A DNA stretch of 64,000 nucleotides. Source: Chloroflexota bacterium (lineage in GTDB: Bacteria > Chloroflexota > Limnocylindria > Limnocylindrales > CSP1-4). The position numbers and the translations under genes are program-made. Positions 26,228 through 38,708 of this stretch are shown here, one piece after another. The notes beneath the pieces are model-generated. The model was given only the letters and a program-made list of their open reading frames with translations. It searched no databases and had not been told where the DNA came from. The stretch is from assembly GCA_021787395.1 (NCBI GenBank), contig JAJYLZ010000010.1, forward strand, positions 4,030-68,029. Direction: 5' to 3'. Positions within the stretch are counted from its first letter, which is position 1, and every line of letters starts with the position of its first letter.

Positions 26228-27592
26228 TCAGGCGGCGGCTGCGGCGGGCAGGGCGAGGACGAACCTCGCGCCGCCCGTGGCTGCGGGCTCGCACCACAGC
26301 CGTCCGCCCATCGATTCCGCGAGGCGGCGCGCCGCGTAGAGCCCGATGCCGGACCCGCGCGCGGTGCTCGTCTCGCGACGGGCGTAGGGCTCGAAGATCT
26401 TCTCCCGCCACTCCGGCGGGATGCCGGGCCCACCGTCGGACACGCCGATGCGGGCCACCCCCTCCACGAGGGTCCAGTCGAGCTCGATCCGGGTCTCGGG
26501 GGGAGCGTACTTGACCGCGTTCTCCAGCAGGTGCTCGAGCACCTGGCGGAGTCGCGCGGGGTCGGCGATGACCGACAGCGGGCGCGTGGTCCCCAGCGCC
26601 GTCGGGTGGCGGTGCAGGAGCGGCGCGGCGTCCGCCAGCAGCTCCGAGACCAGCGTGTGGAGGTCGATCGTCTGGAGGTCGGCCGGCTGGTCCGGCACCA
26701 CGCGGACCGACTCGAGGATGGCGTCCACGAGCCGGTTCAGGCGCTCGATCTGCTCGAGCGTGCCGGCGTGCCAGCCCGCGCGGGTGGCCCGGCGCCTCGG
26801 GTCGCGCGAGGTCCGGCCGTCGAGCGACGGCTCCTCGGCCAGCAGGTCCGTGTAGGCGCGGACCACCGCAAGCGGGGTGCGCAGCTCGTGGGTCACCAGC
26901 GCGATCAGCTCCGAGCGGGCGTGGTCCAGCGCCTGGAGCTGCGCGACCTGCGCCTCGGCCTCGCGCTGCAGGCGCCCCTTCTCGACGATCCCGGCCAGCA
27001 GGTCGGCGATCGCGGACAGCTGCGCGACGTCCTCGGCGTCGAACTCCCGGCGGGACTCGGTCTGGACGTTGAGCACGCCCACAACCTGGTCGCGCCAGGT
27101 GAGCGGCACCGACAGCATCGAGGTGACGAACCGGCGCTGGTCCAGGCCCCGCACCCACAGGAACCGCTCGTCGGTGCGGATGTCGGGCACGGTGATCGGC
27201 TGGCGGGCGGCGGCGACCCGGCCGGTGATCCCCTCCCCCAGCGGGACCCTCGCCCGGCCGATGTGGTGGCGGTCCAGGCCGTTGGTGGCCGAGAGGGTCA
27301 GCATCTCGCCGTCGCGGTCCAGCAGGTACAGGCTCGACACGGAGGCGTGGAGGGCGTCGCGCGTGCCGTCCACCACCGTCTCGAGCAGCTCGTCCCAGGT
27401 CCGGGCCGTGGTGGCGAGGCGCAGGATCTGGTGCAGGAAGCGCAGCTCCGCCATGGGATCGCGGGGTGCAGCCGGCGGGGCGGGGACCGGCCCGTGCAGG
27501 GCGCCCGCGGGCGCGGCTGACGGCGCCGGCGCGGAGGTGGAGCCGCCGGGCCCTGGGATCGTGTGCGCGTCGTCGCCGGTCGTGCTCGCCAT
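26228..27592 (-). CDS. GAF-domain sensor histidine kinase (cytoplasmic)
   Basis: GAF region (LYLLDRDGEMLTL...GEGITGRVA...SMLSVPL), the H-box THELRTPL, and HATPase N/G boxes (ENAVKY, DGGPGIP, GSGIGL). No TM segment is evident. Confidence 0.88.
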   Translation of the reverse strand: MASTTGDDAHTIPGPGGSTSAPAPSAAPAGALHGPVPAPPAAPRDPMAELRFLHQILRLATTARTWDELLETVVDGTRDALHASVSSLYLLDRDGEMLTLSATNGLDRHHIGRARVPLGEGITGRVAAARQPITVPDIRTDERFLWVRGLDQRRFVTSMLSVPLTWRDQVVGVLNVQTESRREFDAEDVAQLSAIADLLAGIVEKGRLQREAEAQVAQLQALDHARSELIALVTHELRTPLAVVRAYTDLLAEEPSLDGRTSRDPRRRATRAGWHAGTLEQIERLNRLVDAILESVRVVPDQPADLQTIDLHTLVSELLADAAPLLHRHPTALGTTRPLSVIADPARLRQVLEHLLENAVKYAPPETRIELDWTLVEGVARIGVSDGGPGIPPEWREKIFEPYARRETSTARGSGIGLYAARRLAESMGGRLWCEPAATGGARFVLALPAAAAA

Positions 27593-27721
27593 CTCGGTCC
27601 AAGCCTAGGCGCCGCCGCTACCGTCGTCGGTTGCGGTCCGGTAGCGCGACGGTGCCCTTGCAGTCGAACCGTAACCCTGCCGGTGCTGGTGTGCCAGCGT
27701 CGTGGCCATATCCTGTGCGAT

Positions 27722-30625
27722 GTGCCTCCCCGAGCCGCCCGCGGGTCGCGGGCCGTCGACTCGCGCGCCCCGGAGGCCCGGTTCGCCGCCGTCGCCGCGG
27801 AGCCGCCGGGCCCGGGGATCGGCCGTGCCCGGGACCCCCTGGCCCGCGAGGTCCGGCTGCTGGGGGCGCTCCTCGGCCAGGTCATCGCCGAGCAGGCCGG
27901 CCCGGAGCTGTTCGCGACGGTCGAGCGCATCCGCCGCCGGACGATCGCCCTCCGGCGCGGGGGGCCGCTCACGCCCGACGTGCACGCGGAGGAGCGGGCG
28001 CGGCTGACGGCCGACCTCCGCGCGCTGGACGCGGCGCAGGCGGCGGCCGTCGCCAAGGCGTTCACCCTGTACTTCCAGCTGGTCAACCTCGCCGAGGAGC
28101 GCCAGCGCATCCACGTCCTCCGGGCCCGGGCCCGGCGCGCCCGCGGCCGGGGCATCGACGAGTCGCTCCGCGAGGCGGTGGACCTGCTGCGCGCGAGCCG
28201 CACGGAGGCGGAGGTCGGCGCCATGCTCGGCCGGACGGTGGTCCACTCCGTGCTCACGGCGCACCCGACCGAGGCGCGCCGCCGCACCCTGCTCCAGGCG
28301 CAGCGACGGGTCCGGCGGCTCCTCGACGCGCTCGACGACCCGCTGATCACCCCCGACGAGGACGCCGAGGTGCGCCGGCGCCTGCGCGAGGAGATCACGG
28401 TGCTGTGGCACACCGCGGACGTCCGGACGGTGCGACCGTCACCGCTCGACGAGGTGCGGTCCGCGCTGGCGATCTTCGACGACGTGCTGTTCACCAGCGT
28501 CGCCCGCTTCCAGCGCGCCGCCGACCGCGCCCTCGACCCCGCCCCCGGCACCCGTCCACCGCGCTCCGAGGCCGTGGCGGGGGACGCCGGACGCACGGGG
28601 ACGCGGCCGGTCGAGGTCCCGGCGATCCTGCGCTTCGGCTCCTGGATCGGGGCGGACCGCGACGGGCATCCCGGGGTGACCGCCGACGTCACGCTCGGGG
28701 CCGCCCGCCTTGCGGTCGAGCACCTGCTCCGGGGCTACGAGGCGGTGGCGACCCGGCTGATGGCGACCCTCGCCGCGCGCGTCCCGCCGGAGCGGCTGGA
28801 CCGCGCCCTGGAGAACCAGCTGGCGCGCGACGCCGAGGAGCTGCCCGAGACGGTCCGCCAGCTGCGGGGCCGCTTCCCCGACGAGCCGTACCGGCAGCGG
28901 ATGGGCGTGATCGCGGAGCGGCTGCGCAGGACGCGAGCGGCGCTGACCGGGGAGACGGCCCCGCGGGCCGGCGGCTACCCCGACGCCGCGGCCCTCGAGG
29001 GCGAGCTGGCGGTCCTCGCCGACGCGCTGGTGGCAGACGGCCTGGGCCGCGTCGCCTGGGGCGAGGTCGCCGACCTGCGCTGGCAGCTCGCCACGTTCGG
29101 GTTCCACCTCGCCTCGCTCGAGGTGCGCCAGCACGCGGACGTGCACCGGGCGGCCGCGGCCGCCCTCGACCGCGGCGCCGCGCCGACCGAGGAGGTCGCC
29201 GCGGGGGTGGCAGTGCAGGAGGTGCTGGCGACGTTCCGCGCGATGGCCCGCCTGCAGGCGCGGCTGGGCGTCGAGGCCTGCCGCCGCTACGTCATCTCGT
29301 TCACCACGAGCCCCGACGACGTGCGGCTCGTCCTGGACCTGGCCCGGCGGGCCGCGGAGCCGGAGCCGTTCGGCGCGCCGGCGCCGGTGCTGGCGGACTT
29401 GCCCGCCCTGGTCCCGACCCTCGACGTCGTGCCCCTCCTCGAGTCGGCCCAGGCCCTGGAGGGCGCGGGTCCGCTGCTCGACGCCCTCCTCGCGGACCCC
29501 GACTACCGCGAGCACCTGCGCGGGCGCGGCGACGCCCAGGAGGTCATGCTGGGCTACTCCGACTCGTCCAAGGAGAGCGGCTTCCTGGCGGCCAACTGGC
29601 TGCTCTACCGGGCGCAGGAGGCGCTGGTCGCGGTCGCGCGCCGCCACGGCGTCACGCTCACCCTGTTCCACGGTCGCGGCGGCGCGATCGGGCGCGGCGG
29701 CGGACCCGCGAACCGGGCGATCCTGGCCCAGGCCCCGGGTTCGGTGGACGGCCGGCTCAAGTTCACCGAGCAGGGCGAGGTCATCGCGGCGCACTACGCG
29801 GACCCGGCCATCGCCCAGCGCCACCTCGAGCAGGTGACGTCCGCCGCCCTGCTCGCCTCCACCGCGGAGCACCAGCGCGAGGTGGTGGCGGCCGCCGAGC
29901 GCGGCGCGGCCACGCTGGCGGAGCTGGCGGCGATCTCGCGCTCGGCCTACCGGGCCCTGGTGGAGCTGCCGGGCTTCCCCGCCTTCTTCCGCGCGGCCAC
30001 GCCGATCGACCTCATCGCCGGCCTGGGCCTCGGGTCGCGGCCCTCGTCACGGCCGCGCGACGCCGGGTCCGGGCGGGCACCGGGCGAGGAGCTCGCGTCG
30101 CTCCGCGCCATCCCCTGGGTGTTCGCGTGGTCGCAGGCGCGGGCCAACCTGCCCGGCTGGTACGGCCTCGGGACGGCCCTCGAGGCGGTGGCCGCCCGCG
30201 GCGGACGCGAGATCGTGGACCACCTCGCCGACGTCTACCGCAGCTGGCCGTTCTTCCGGTCGGTGCTCGACAACGCGGAGCTGTCGCTGGCCAAGGCCGA
30301 CATGGGCACCTTCCGCCGGTTCGCCGAACTGGCCAGCGGGCCCGATGCCACCGCGATCCGGGCCATGATCGAGGCGGAGCACGCCCGCTCGGTGCGCCTG
30401 CTGGCCCTGGTGACGGGGCGCGGGCGCCTGCTCTCCGACCACCCCGCGCTGTCCCGGGCGATCGACCTCCGGAACCCCTACGTGGACGCCCTCTCGGCAC
30501 TCCAGGTGGAGCTGCTCGGGCGGCTGCGGGGCGGCGGGCTCGAGCCCGCGGAGGCGCTCGCCGTGCGCTCGGTGATCGGCGCGACGATCAACGGGGTGGC
30601 GGCGGGGCTGCAGAACACCGGCTGA
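27722..30625 (+). CDS. ppc: Phosphoenolpyruvate carboxylase
   Basis: Motifs: TAHPTE, GYSDSSKESG, FHGRGGAIGRGGGP, and the C-terminal INGVAAGLQNTG. The start is uncertain. I propose GTG 27722 because the track start at 27563 overlaps the divergent kinase gene. Confidence 0.92.
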   Translation: MPPRAARGSRAVDSRAPEARFAAVAAEPPGPGIGRARDPLAREVRLLGALLGQVIAEQAGPELFATVERIRRRTIALRRGGPLTPDVHAEERARLTADLRALDAAQAAAVAKAFTLYFQLVNLAEERQRIHVLRARARRARGRGIDESLREAVDLLRASRTEAEVGAMLGRTVVHSVLTAHPTEARRRTLLQAQRRVRRLLDALDDPLITPDEDAEVRRRLREEITVLWHTADVRTVRPSPLDEVRSALAIFDDVLFTSVARFQRAADRALDPAPGTRPPRSEAVAGDAGRTGTRPVEVPAILRFGSWIGADRDGHPGVTADVTLGAARLAVEHLLRGYEAVATRLMATLAARVPPERLDRALENQLARDAEELPETVRQLRGRFPDEPYRQRMGVIAERLRRTRAALTGETAPRAGGYPDAAALEGELAVLADALVADGLGRVAWGEVADLRWQLATFGFHLASLEVRQHADVHRAAAAALDRGAAPTEEVAAGVAVQEVLATFRAMARLQARLGVEACRRYVISFTTSPDDVRLVLDLARRAAEPEPFGAPAPVLADLPALVPTLDVVPLLESAQALEGAGPLLDALLADPDYREHLRGRGDAQEVMLGYSDSSKESGFLAANWLLYRAQEALVAVARRHGVTLTLFHGRGGAIGRGGGPANRAILAQAPGSVDGRLKFTEQGEVIAAHYADPAIAQRHLEQVTSAALLASTAEHQREVVAAAERGAATLAELAAISRSAYRALVELPGFPAFFRAATPIDLIAGLGLGSRPSSRPRDAGSGRAPGEELASLRAIPWVFAWSQARANLPGWYGLGTALEAVAARGGREIVDHLADVYRSWPFFRSVLDNAELSLAKADMGTFRRFAELASGPDATAIRAMIEAEHARSVRLLALVTGRGRLLSDHPALSRAIDLRNPYVDALSALQVELLGRLRGGGLEPAEALAVRSVIGATINGVAAGLQNTG

Positions 30626-30767
30626 CGGCGCCCCGGCCCGCTGCGGGGCGCGGGCACGATGCGGAGGCCCGCAGCGACGGGAGGTCGCGCGGACGCGAGG
30701 CGCGGGCGGCCGCGGCGCGGCACCATGTCCACGCGCCGCGGCGGCGCCCAGCACACGTGGAGGCGGC

Positions 30768-31877
30768 ATGCGCGAGATCACCGGGGCGGTCATCGAGAGC
30801 TCGGGCATGCCCGTCACGATCGAGGCGCTCCAGCTTGACGACCCCGGGCCGGGCGAGGTGCTCATCCGGATGGCCAGCGCCGGCGTCTGCCACTCGGACC
30901 TCCACGTGCGTGACGGCGACTGGGTGCGCCAGGGGCCGGTGGTGATGGGGCACGAGGGGGCGGGCGTGGTCGAGGCCGTGGGCGTCGGCGTCGACGGGGA
31001 CCTCGTCGGCCGTGCCGTGGCGCTCAACTGGCTGGCCCCGTGCCTGCGCTGCCGCGAGTGCCAGCGCGGGCGCCAGTGGCTGTGCCAGGACTCGCCCGCC
31101 TACCGCCACGCGGGCCTCGACGGCACCCCGCGCGTCTCGCGCCCGGACGGCTCGCCCGTCCTCTCGTACCTCTCGATCGGCACGATGTCGACCGCGCAGG
31201 TCGTGCCGGCCACGGCAGCGGTGCCGATGCCCGACGGCGTGCCGCCCGAGGTGGCGGCGCTGATCGGCTGCGGCGTGTCCACGGGCGTCGGCGCCGTGGT
31301 CAAGACGGCGGAGGTCCGGCCCGGCGACACCGTGGCCGTGATCGGCCTCGGCGGCGTCGGCCTCTCGTGCGTGATGGGCGCGGTGCTGGCGGGCGCGCGC
31401 CGGATCGTGGGCGTGGACGTGAGCCGGGCGAAGCTCGACCTCGCCGCGTCCCTGGGCGCCACGCACTCGGTCCACGCCGACCCGGACCGGCCCGACGCGA
31501 CGGTGGAGGCCATCCGTGCGGCGACGGGCGGCGGTCCCGACTTCGCGTTCGAGGCGATCGGCAGCCCGGCGACCATCTCGCAGGCCGTGGCCTCGCTCCC
31601 GCCGGGCGGCACCGCGGTCCTGGTCGGGCTCACCAAGTTCGGCCAGCGCGCGTCGTTCGAGGCCTTCCCGTTCGTGGACGGCGGGCGGCGGATCATCGGC
31701 TCGAACTACGGGTCGGCCGTCGCGGCGATCGACTTCCCGAGGTACGCGGAGGCGTACCTGGCCGGCCGGCTCCCGATCGACCGGCTGATCGACCGCCGCC
31801 TCCGCCTGGACGAGCTCGAGGATGCGTTCGACCGGCTCCGCGCGGGGGCCGCCGCCCGCCAGGTGATCGTGTTCTGA
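30768..31877 (+). CDS. Zinc-dependent alcohol dehydrogenase family (class III / formaldehyde-dehydrogenase-like)
   Basis: 369 aa. Motifs: GVCHSDLH, GHEGAGVVEAVG, structural-zinc C..C..C motif CLRCRECQRGRQWLC, and a GLGGVGLS Rossmann motif. Confidence 0.9.
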   Translation: MREITGAVIESSGMPVTIEALQLDDPGPGEVLIRMASAGVCHSDLHVRDGDWVRQGPVVMGHEGAGVVEAVGVGVDGDLVGRAVALNWLAPCLRCRECQRGRQWLCQDSPAYRHAGLDGTPRVSRPDGSPVLSYLSIGTMSTAQVVPATAAVPMPDGVPPEVAALIGCGVSTGVGAVVKTAEVRPGDTVAVIGLGGVGLSCVMGAVLAGARRIVGVDVSRAKLDLAASLGATHSVHADPDRPDATVEAIRAATGGGPDFAFEAIGSPATISQAVASLPPGGTAVLVGLTKFGQRASFEAFPFVDGGRRIIGSNYGSAVAAIDFPRYAEAYLAGRLPIDRLIDRRLRLDELEDAFDRLRAGAAARQVIVF

Positions 31878-31894
31878 CCGCCGTCCCCGGGACC

Positions 31895-31930
31895 GGGCGC
31901 CCGAGACGCAACGGGCGCCCGAGACGCAAC
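31895..31930. repeat. Exact 18-nt tandem duplication GGGCGCCCGAGACGCAAC x2
   Basis: Read directly from the sequence. It lies immediately upstream of the hairpin at 31931-31960. Confidence 0.8.
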
Positions 31931-31960
31931 GGGCGTCCGGCGGTCGACCGCCGGACGCCC
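31931..31960. terminator. Bidirectional hairpin terminator candidate between convergent adh and ppdK
   Basis: GGGCGTCCGGCGG-TCGA-CCGCCGGACGCCC gives a perfect 13-bp stem. Confidence 0.55.
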
Positions 31961-31997
31961 GCCCTGGTGCGATGCCGGGCAAAGGCCCGGCGCGGGT

Positions 31998-34778
<2,781 letters not shown>

Positions 34779-34981
34779 GCTGTGTGGGCTCCTTGTGCAT
34801 GGAAGCGGGCCCAGGAGGCACACGGCCCGCGGAAGGACACCTTTCGGGATCGTGGGGAATTGTACGACTGACGGCGGAACGGCCCGTCGAGCGCACGGAC
34901 CGCGCCGCCGGGCCGGCGGTCCCGCGCAAACGGGCCGTTCGGCGGCCGGCGGCAGTCCACGGAGCAGGGGGAGGCGGGCGG

Positions 34982-34987
34982 TACACT
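34982..34987 (+). promoter_or_regulatory. -10-like hexamer TACACT (context GGTACACT) upstream of the FNR gene
   Basis: The same GGTACACT octamer recurs at 49527-49534, and TACACT recurs at 8178-8183. Position only; no TSS data. Confidence 0.3.
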
Positions 34988-35041
34988 CAGGGGCGGGCAT
35001 CAGGACCCCTCTCACCGAACCCCGACAGCCGGAGCACGATC

Positions 35042-35851
35042 GTGACGAGCCCCATCGAGGACAAGCGCGTCATCGACATCTTCGCGGATACGTACAACGC
35101 CACCCTGGTGTACCGCGAAGACCTCAACGCGGACCTCGCCTACTTCCGGGTGAAGCTCGACGGCCCGGCGGCCCCGTTCCAGCCGGGCCAGTACATGACC
35201 ACCGGCGTGGTCGCGGACGAGCGGCTGCTCCAGCGGCCCTATTCGGTCGCGTCGGCGCCCGCCACCGCCGACACGCTCGGCTACGAGTTCTTCGTCCGCC
35301 ACGTGCCGGTCGTGCGCTTCACCACCGCCCTGTGGCGGCTCCAGGTGGGCCACCGGATGCGGATGATCGGGCCCAAGGGCAAGTTCACCCTCGAGCCCGA
35401 GGACCCCCGGACGCACCTCTACGTGTCCACCGGCACCGGGATCGCCCCGTTCATGTCGATGATCCGGCAGTCCATGGCCGAGGGGAAGCCGCGCAAGACC
35501 GTGCTGATCAACGGCTGCTCGTACGCGGACGAGCTCGGCTACCGCCGCGAGCTCGAGGCGTGGGAGCAGGACCCGGCCTACCGCCTGACCTACGTGCCGT
35601 CCGTCTCGCGACCCAGCGATCCCCGCAACGCCGGTTGGACCGGCCGCACCGGCCGCGCGGAGGCGATCATCAAGGACGTCTGCGACGACCTCGCGCTCGC
35701 GCCCGAGAAGACCGTGGTCTACATCTGCGGCAACCCGGAGATGATCCTCAACGTGGAGCGGGAGCTGATGGACCAGGGGTTCCCGGAGTTCCACGTCAAG
35801 AAGGAGCTCTACTGGCCGAAGGGCAAGGCGCCGGCGGCGACGCCGGGCTGA
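35042..35851 (+). CDS. Ferredoxin--NADP+ reductase (Fpr-type flavodoxin/ferredoxin reductase)
   Basis: Starts at GTG 35042. Motifs: RPYSVAS (FAD RxYS), GTGIAPFMSM (NADP), YICGNPEM. Confidence 0.85.
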   Translation: MTSPIEDKRVIDIFADTYNATLVYREDLNADLAYFRVKLDGPAAPFQPGQYMTTGVVADERLLQRPYSVASAPATADTLGYEFFVRHVPVVRFTTALWRLQVGHRMRMIGPKGKFTLEPEDPRTHLYVSTGTGIAPFMSMIRQSMAEGKPRKTVLINGCSYADELGYRRELEAWEQDPAYRLTYVPSVSRPSDPRNAGWTGRTGRAEAIIKDVCDDLALAPEKTVVYICGNPEMILNVERELMDQGFPEFHVKKELYWPKGKAPAATPG

Positions 35852-36075
35852 CCGGCCCTGGGCGGGGAGCGGCGGCCGCGCCCAGCGCCCAGTGCCCCGC
35901 GGCGGGTCGACCGGACGGCGCCCCGAGCCGGAACGGACTACCCTGTTGTGACTATTGGACCGCACCGCGGGGCCGACGGCACGTAACGCGCGCGTGAAGC
36001 CATCAGCGATCCTGCACGCATCGCCCGTGAAGGGCTGATCCGCGCGTCCCGCCCCACAACAGCATTGAGGTTGTC

Positions 36076-36915
36076 TTGCATCCCATCGTCGAGCGAGAGC
36101 AGCTCTCCCCGAACGTCGTCCGCCTCGTCGTCGAGGCGCCTCGGATCGCGAAGGTTCGGCGTCCCGGCCAGTTCGTCATCGTCCGGAAGGGCCCGGGCGC
36201 GGAGCGGATCCCGCTCACCATCGCGGACAACGACGCCGGGGCCGGAACGATCACGCTGATGATCCAGGCCATCGGCGCCAGCACCACGGAGCTCACCAAC
36301 ATGCAGGTGGGCGAGGCGATCTCCGACATCGCCGGCCCGCTCGGCAGCGAGACCCACCTGCTCAAGTCGGGCCACGCCGTGTGCGTCGGCGGCGGCGTCG
36401 GCACGGCCGTCCTGCTGCCCATCGTGCGGGCCCTCTCGCAGGCCGGCGTCCACGTGACCAGCGTCATCGGCGGCCGCTCCAGGGAGTGGGTGATCCTGGA
36501 GCGGGAGCTGCGCGAGCTGGGCGACGTCGTCACCTGCACCGACGACGGCTCCTACGGCCGCCACGGCTTCGTCACGGAGGCCCTCAAGGACCTCCTCGAG
36601 GCGGGCGGCGTCGACGCGGTCTACGCGATCGGCCCGGTGCCGATGATGAAGGCCGTGTCCGCGATGACGCTCCCGTACAACGTGCCCACCACCGTGTCCC
36701 TCAACGCGATCATGGTGGACGGCACGGGCATGTGCGGCGGCTGCCGCGTGACGATCGACGGCGAGACGAAGTACGCCTGCGTCGACGGTCCCGAGTTCGA
36801 CGGCCACAAGGTCAACTACCAGGAGCTGTCCGACCGTCTGACGACGTATCGAACCTTCGAACAGCAGGCGCTCGACAAGCTCGGCGCCTGCGCCACGACC
36901 GAGGTAAAGGCATGA
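36076..36915 (+). CDS. Sulfide dehydrogenase/NfnA-like FAD- and [2Fe-2S]-binding oxidoreductase subunit
   Basis: 279 aa with a TTG start after GAGG. It shows a PyrK-like fold with a C-terminal Cys cluster (GTGMCGGCRV...YACVDGP). Its stop overlaps the next gene start (ATGA). Confidence 0.82.
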   Translation: MHPIVEREQLSPNVVRLVVEAPRIAKVRRPGQFVIVRKGPGAERIPLTIADNDAGAGTITLMIQAIGASTTELTNMQVGEAISDIAGPLGSETHLLKSGHAVCVGGGVGTAVLLPIVRALSQAGVHVTSVIGGRSREWVILERELRELGDVVTCTDDGSYGRHGFVTEALKDLLEAGGVDAVYAIGPVPMMKAVSAMTLPYNVPTTVSLNAIMVDGTGMCGGCRVTIDGETKYACVDGPEFDGHKVNYQELSDRLTTYRTFEQQALDKLGACATTEVKA

Positions 36916-38429
36916 CCGACCCCGCGTCCCCGGTGCCGGCCGGCGAGGGGGCTGCCCCCGCGCCCAAGCCGATGAGCAACAAGGAGCGCATGACCATCGA
37001 GCGGGTGGCCATGCCCGAGCAGCCCGGCGACGCCCGGGCGCACAACTTCGGCGAGGTGAACCAGGGCCTCACCTACCAGCTCGCGATGCTGGAGGCCGAG
37101 CGCTGCATCCAGTGCCCCAAGCCGTTCTGCGTGGACGGCTGCCCGGTGCGGGTCAACATTCCCCGCTTCATCAAGTTCCTGCGCGACGGCGACCTCCCCT
37201 CGGCGGCCGAGAGCCTCCTCTCGGACAACGCCCTGCCGTGCGTGACCGGCCGGGTCTGCCCGCAGGAGACGCAGTGCGAGCAGGTCTGCATCCGGAACAA
37301 GAAGGGCGACTCGGTCGCCATCGGCTACCTGGAGCGCTACGTCGCCGACTGGGCGCAGGCGCACCTCGACGAGCTGCCCAAGGCCGACCCCGCCCAGACG
37401 GGCCGGAAGGTGGGCATCGTGGGCTCCGGCCCGGCCGGCCTCACCGCGGCCGGCGAGCTCGCCAAGCTGGGCCACGACGTCACGGTGTTCGAGGCGTTCC
37501 ACGCGCCGGGCGGCGTGCTGATCTACGGCATCCCCGAGTTCCGCCTGCCCAAGGACATCGTCCAGGCCGAGGTGGACCGCCTCAAGGGCGAGGGCGTCAA
37601 GCTCGAGCTGGACTCGATCATCGGGCGCACCTACACCATCCCCGAGCTCCGCGAGGAGTTCGACGCGCTGTTCCTCGCCGTCGGCGCCGGCCTGCCGGTG
37701 TTCATGAACGTGCCGGGCGAGAACTACAAGGGCGTGTACTCGGCGAACGAGTACCTCACCCGCGTCAACCTCATGGGCGCCTGGAGCCCCGACTCCAAGA
37801 CCCCGATCCTCCACGGGCAGCGGGTCGCGGTCGTGGGCGGCGGCAACGTGGCCATGGACGCGGTCAGAACGGCGCGCCGCCTGGGCGCCGAGGAGGCGAC
37901 CATCGTCTACCGCCGGTCGGCCAACGAGCTGCCGGCCCGGGCGGAGGAGGTCCACCACGCCAAGGACGAGGGCGTGCGGTTCGAGTTCCAGGTGGCCCCG
38001 ATCGAGGTCCTGGCGGACGAGAACCGCTGGGTGCGCGGCCTGAAGTGCGTCCGGATGGAGCTCGGCGAGCCCGACGCGTCCGGCCGCCGGCGCCCCAAGC
38101 CCATCCCCGACTCCGAGTTCACCATCGACTGCGACCTCGTGGTCGTGGCGATCGGCACCAAGGCCAACCCGCTGCTGACCGGCTCGGCGCCCGAGCTCAA
38201 GGTCAACGAGTGGGGCTACCTGGTCACCGACGAGTACGGCATGACCAGCATGCCCGGCGTGTTCGCGGGCGGCGACATCGTGCGCGGCGCGGCCACCGTG
38301 ATCCTGGCCATGGGCGACGGCAAGCGGTCCGCGGCGGCGATCGACTCGTGGCTGCGGGGCGAGTGGCCCCCTGCGCCCGAGGCCAACCTCCAGAAGCCCG
38401 AGAAGAAGGCGGCGGTCGCGGCCGGCTGA
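36912..38429 (+). CDS. NfnB / glutamate synthase small-chain (GltD)-like NADPH-dependent oxidoreductase subunit
   Basis: Starts at ATG 36912. Two Fe-S Cys motifs (CIQCPKPFCVDGCP, CVTGRVCPQETQCEQVC) and two Rossmann motifs (GSGPAGL, VVGGGNVAMD). Confidence 0.88.
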   Translation: MTDPASPVPAGEGAAPAPKPMSNKERMTIERVAMPEQPGDARAHNFGEVNQGLTYQLAMLEAERCIQCPKPFCVDGCPVRVNIPRFIKFLRDGDLPSAAESLLSDNALPCVTGRVCPQETQCEQVCIRNKKGDSVAIGYLERYVADWAQAHLDELPKADPAQTGRKVGIVGSGPAGLTAAGELAKLGHDVTVFEAFHAPGGVLIYGIPEFRLPKDIVQAEVDRLKGEGVKLELDSIIGRTYTIPELREEFDALFLAVGAGLPVFMNVPGENYKGVYSANEYLTRVNLMGAWSPDSKTPILHGQRVAVVGGGNVAMDAVRTARRLGAEEATIVYRRSANELPARAEEVHHAKDEGVRFEFQVAPIEVLADENRWVRGLKCVRMELGEPDASGRRRPKPIPDSEFTIDCDLVVVAIGTKANPLLTGSAPELKVNEWGYLVTDEYGMTSMPGVFAGGDIVRGAATVILAMGDGKRSAAAIDSWLRGEWPPAPEANLQKPEKKAAVAAG

Positions 38430-38457
38430 CCGGTCCCCCGCCCCCACCACCCGCATC

Positions 38458-38492
38458 GGCGGGCGACGGACGCGTCGCCCGCCGTTCGATTC
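38458..38492 (+). terminator. Intrinsic terminator candidate after the nfnAB-like pair
   Basis: GGCGGGCGAC-GGACGC-GTCGCCCGCC gives a perfect 10-bp stem, followed by GTTCGATTC. The tail resembles that of the 22780 terminator. Confidence 0.55.
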
Positions 38493-38708
38493 ACGGGTGG
38501 GCGGCGGGTCACGGGCCGCGCCGCCCTCGAGCGCAGGCCGGATGTGGACGGGCGCGGCCGTCAGCGCTCCCTGCACGACGACCGCGCCCCTGCCGCCGAT
38601 GCTCCGGTCCCCTGGGCGTGGACGCCATGGCCCGGGAGTCCCGGCCGGTGCCCGTGCACACCGGACCGGCGTACCCGGTCCGGCGCCTCCCCGCCCTCCA
38701 GCCGGGGG

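Noticed and set aside
35946-35951. A Rex-operator half-site, TTGTGA, upstream of the nfnA-like gene. A redox-sensing repressor would make biological sense here.
   Set aside because: The partner half-site (TCACAA at the correct spacing) is absent. The sequence continues CTATTGGACC, so a single hexamer is not evidence.
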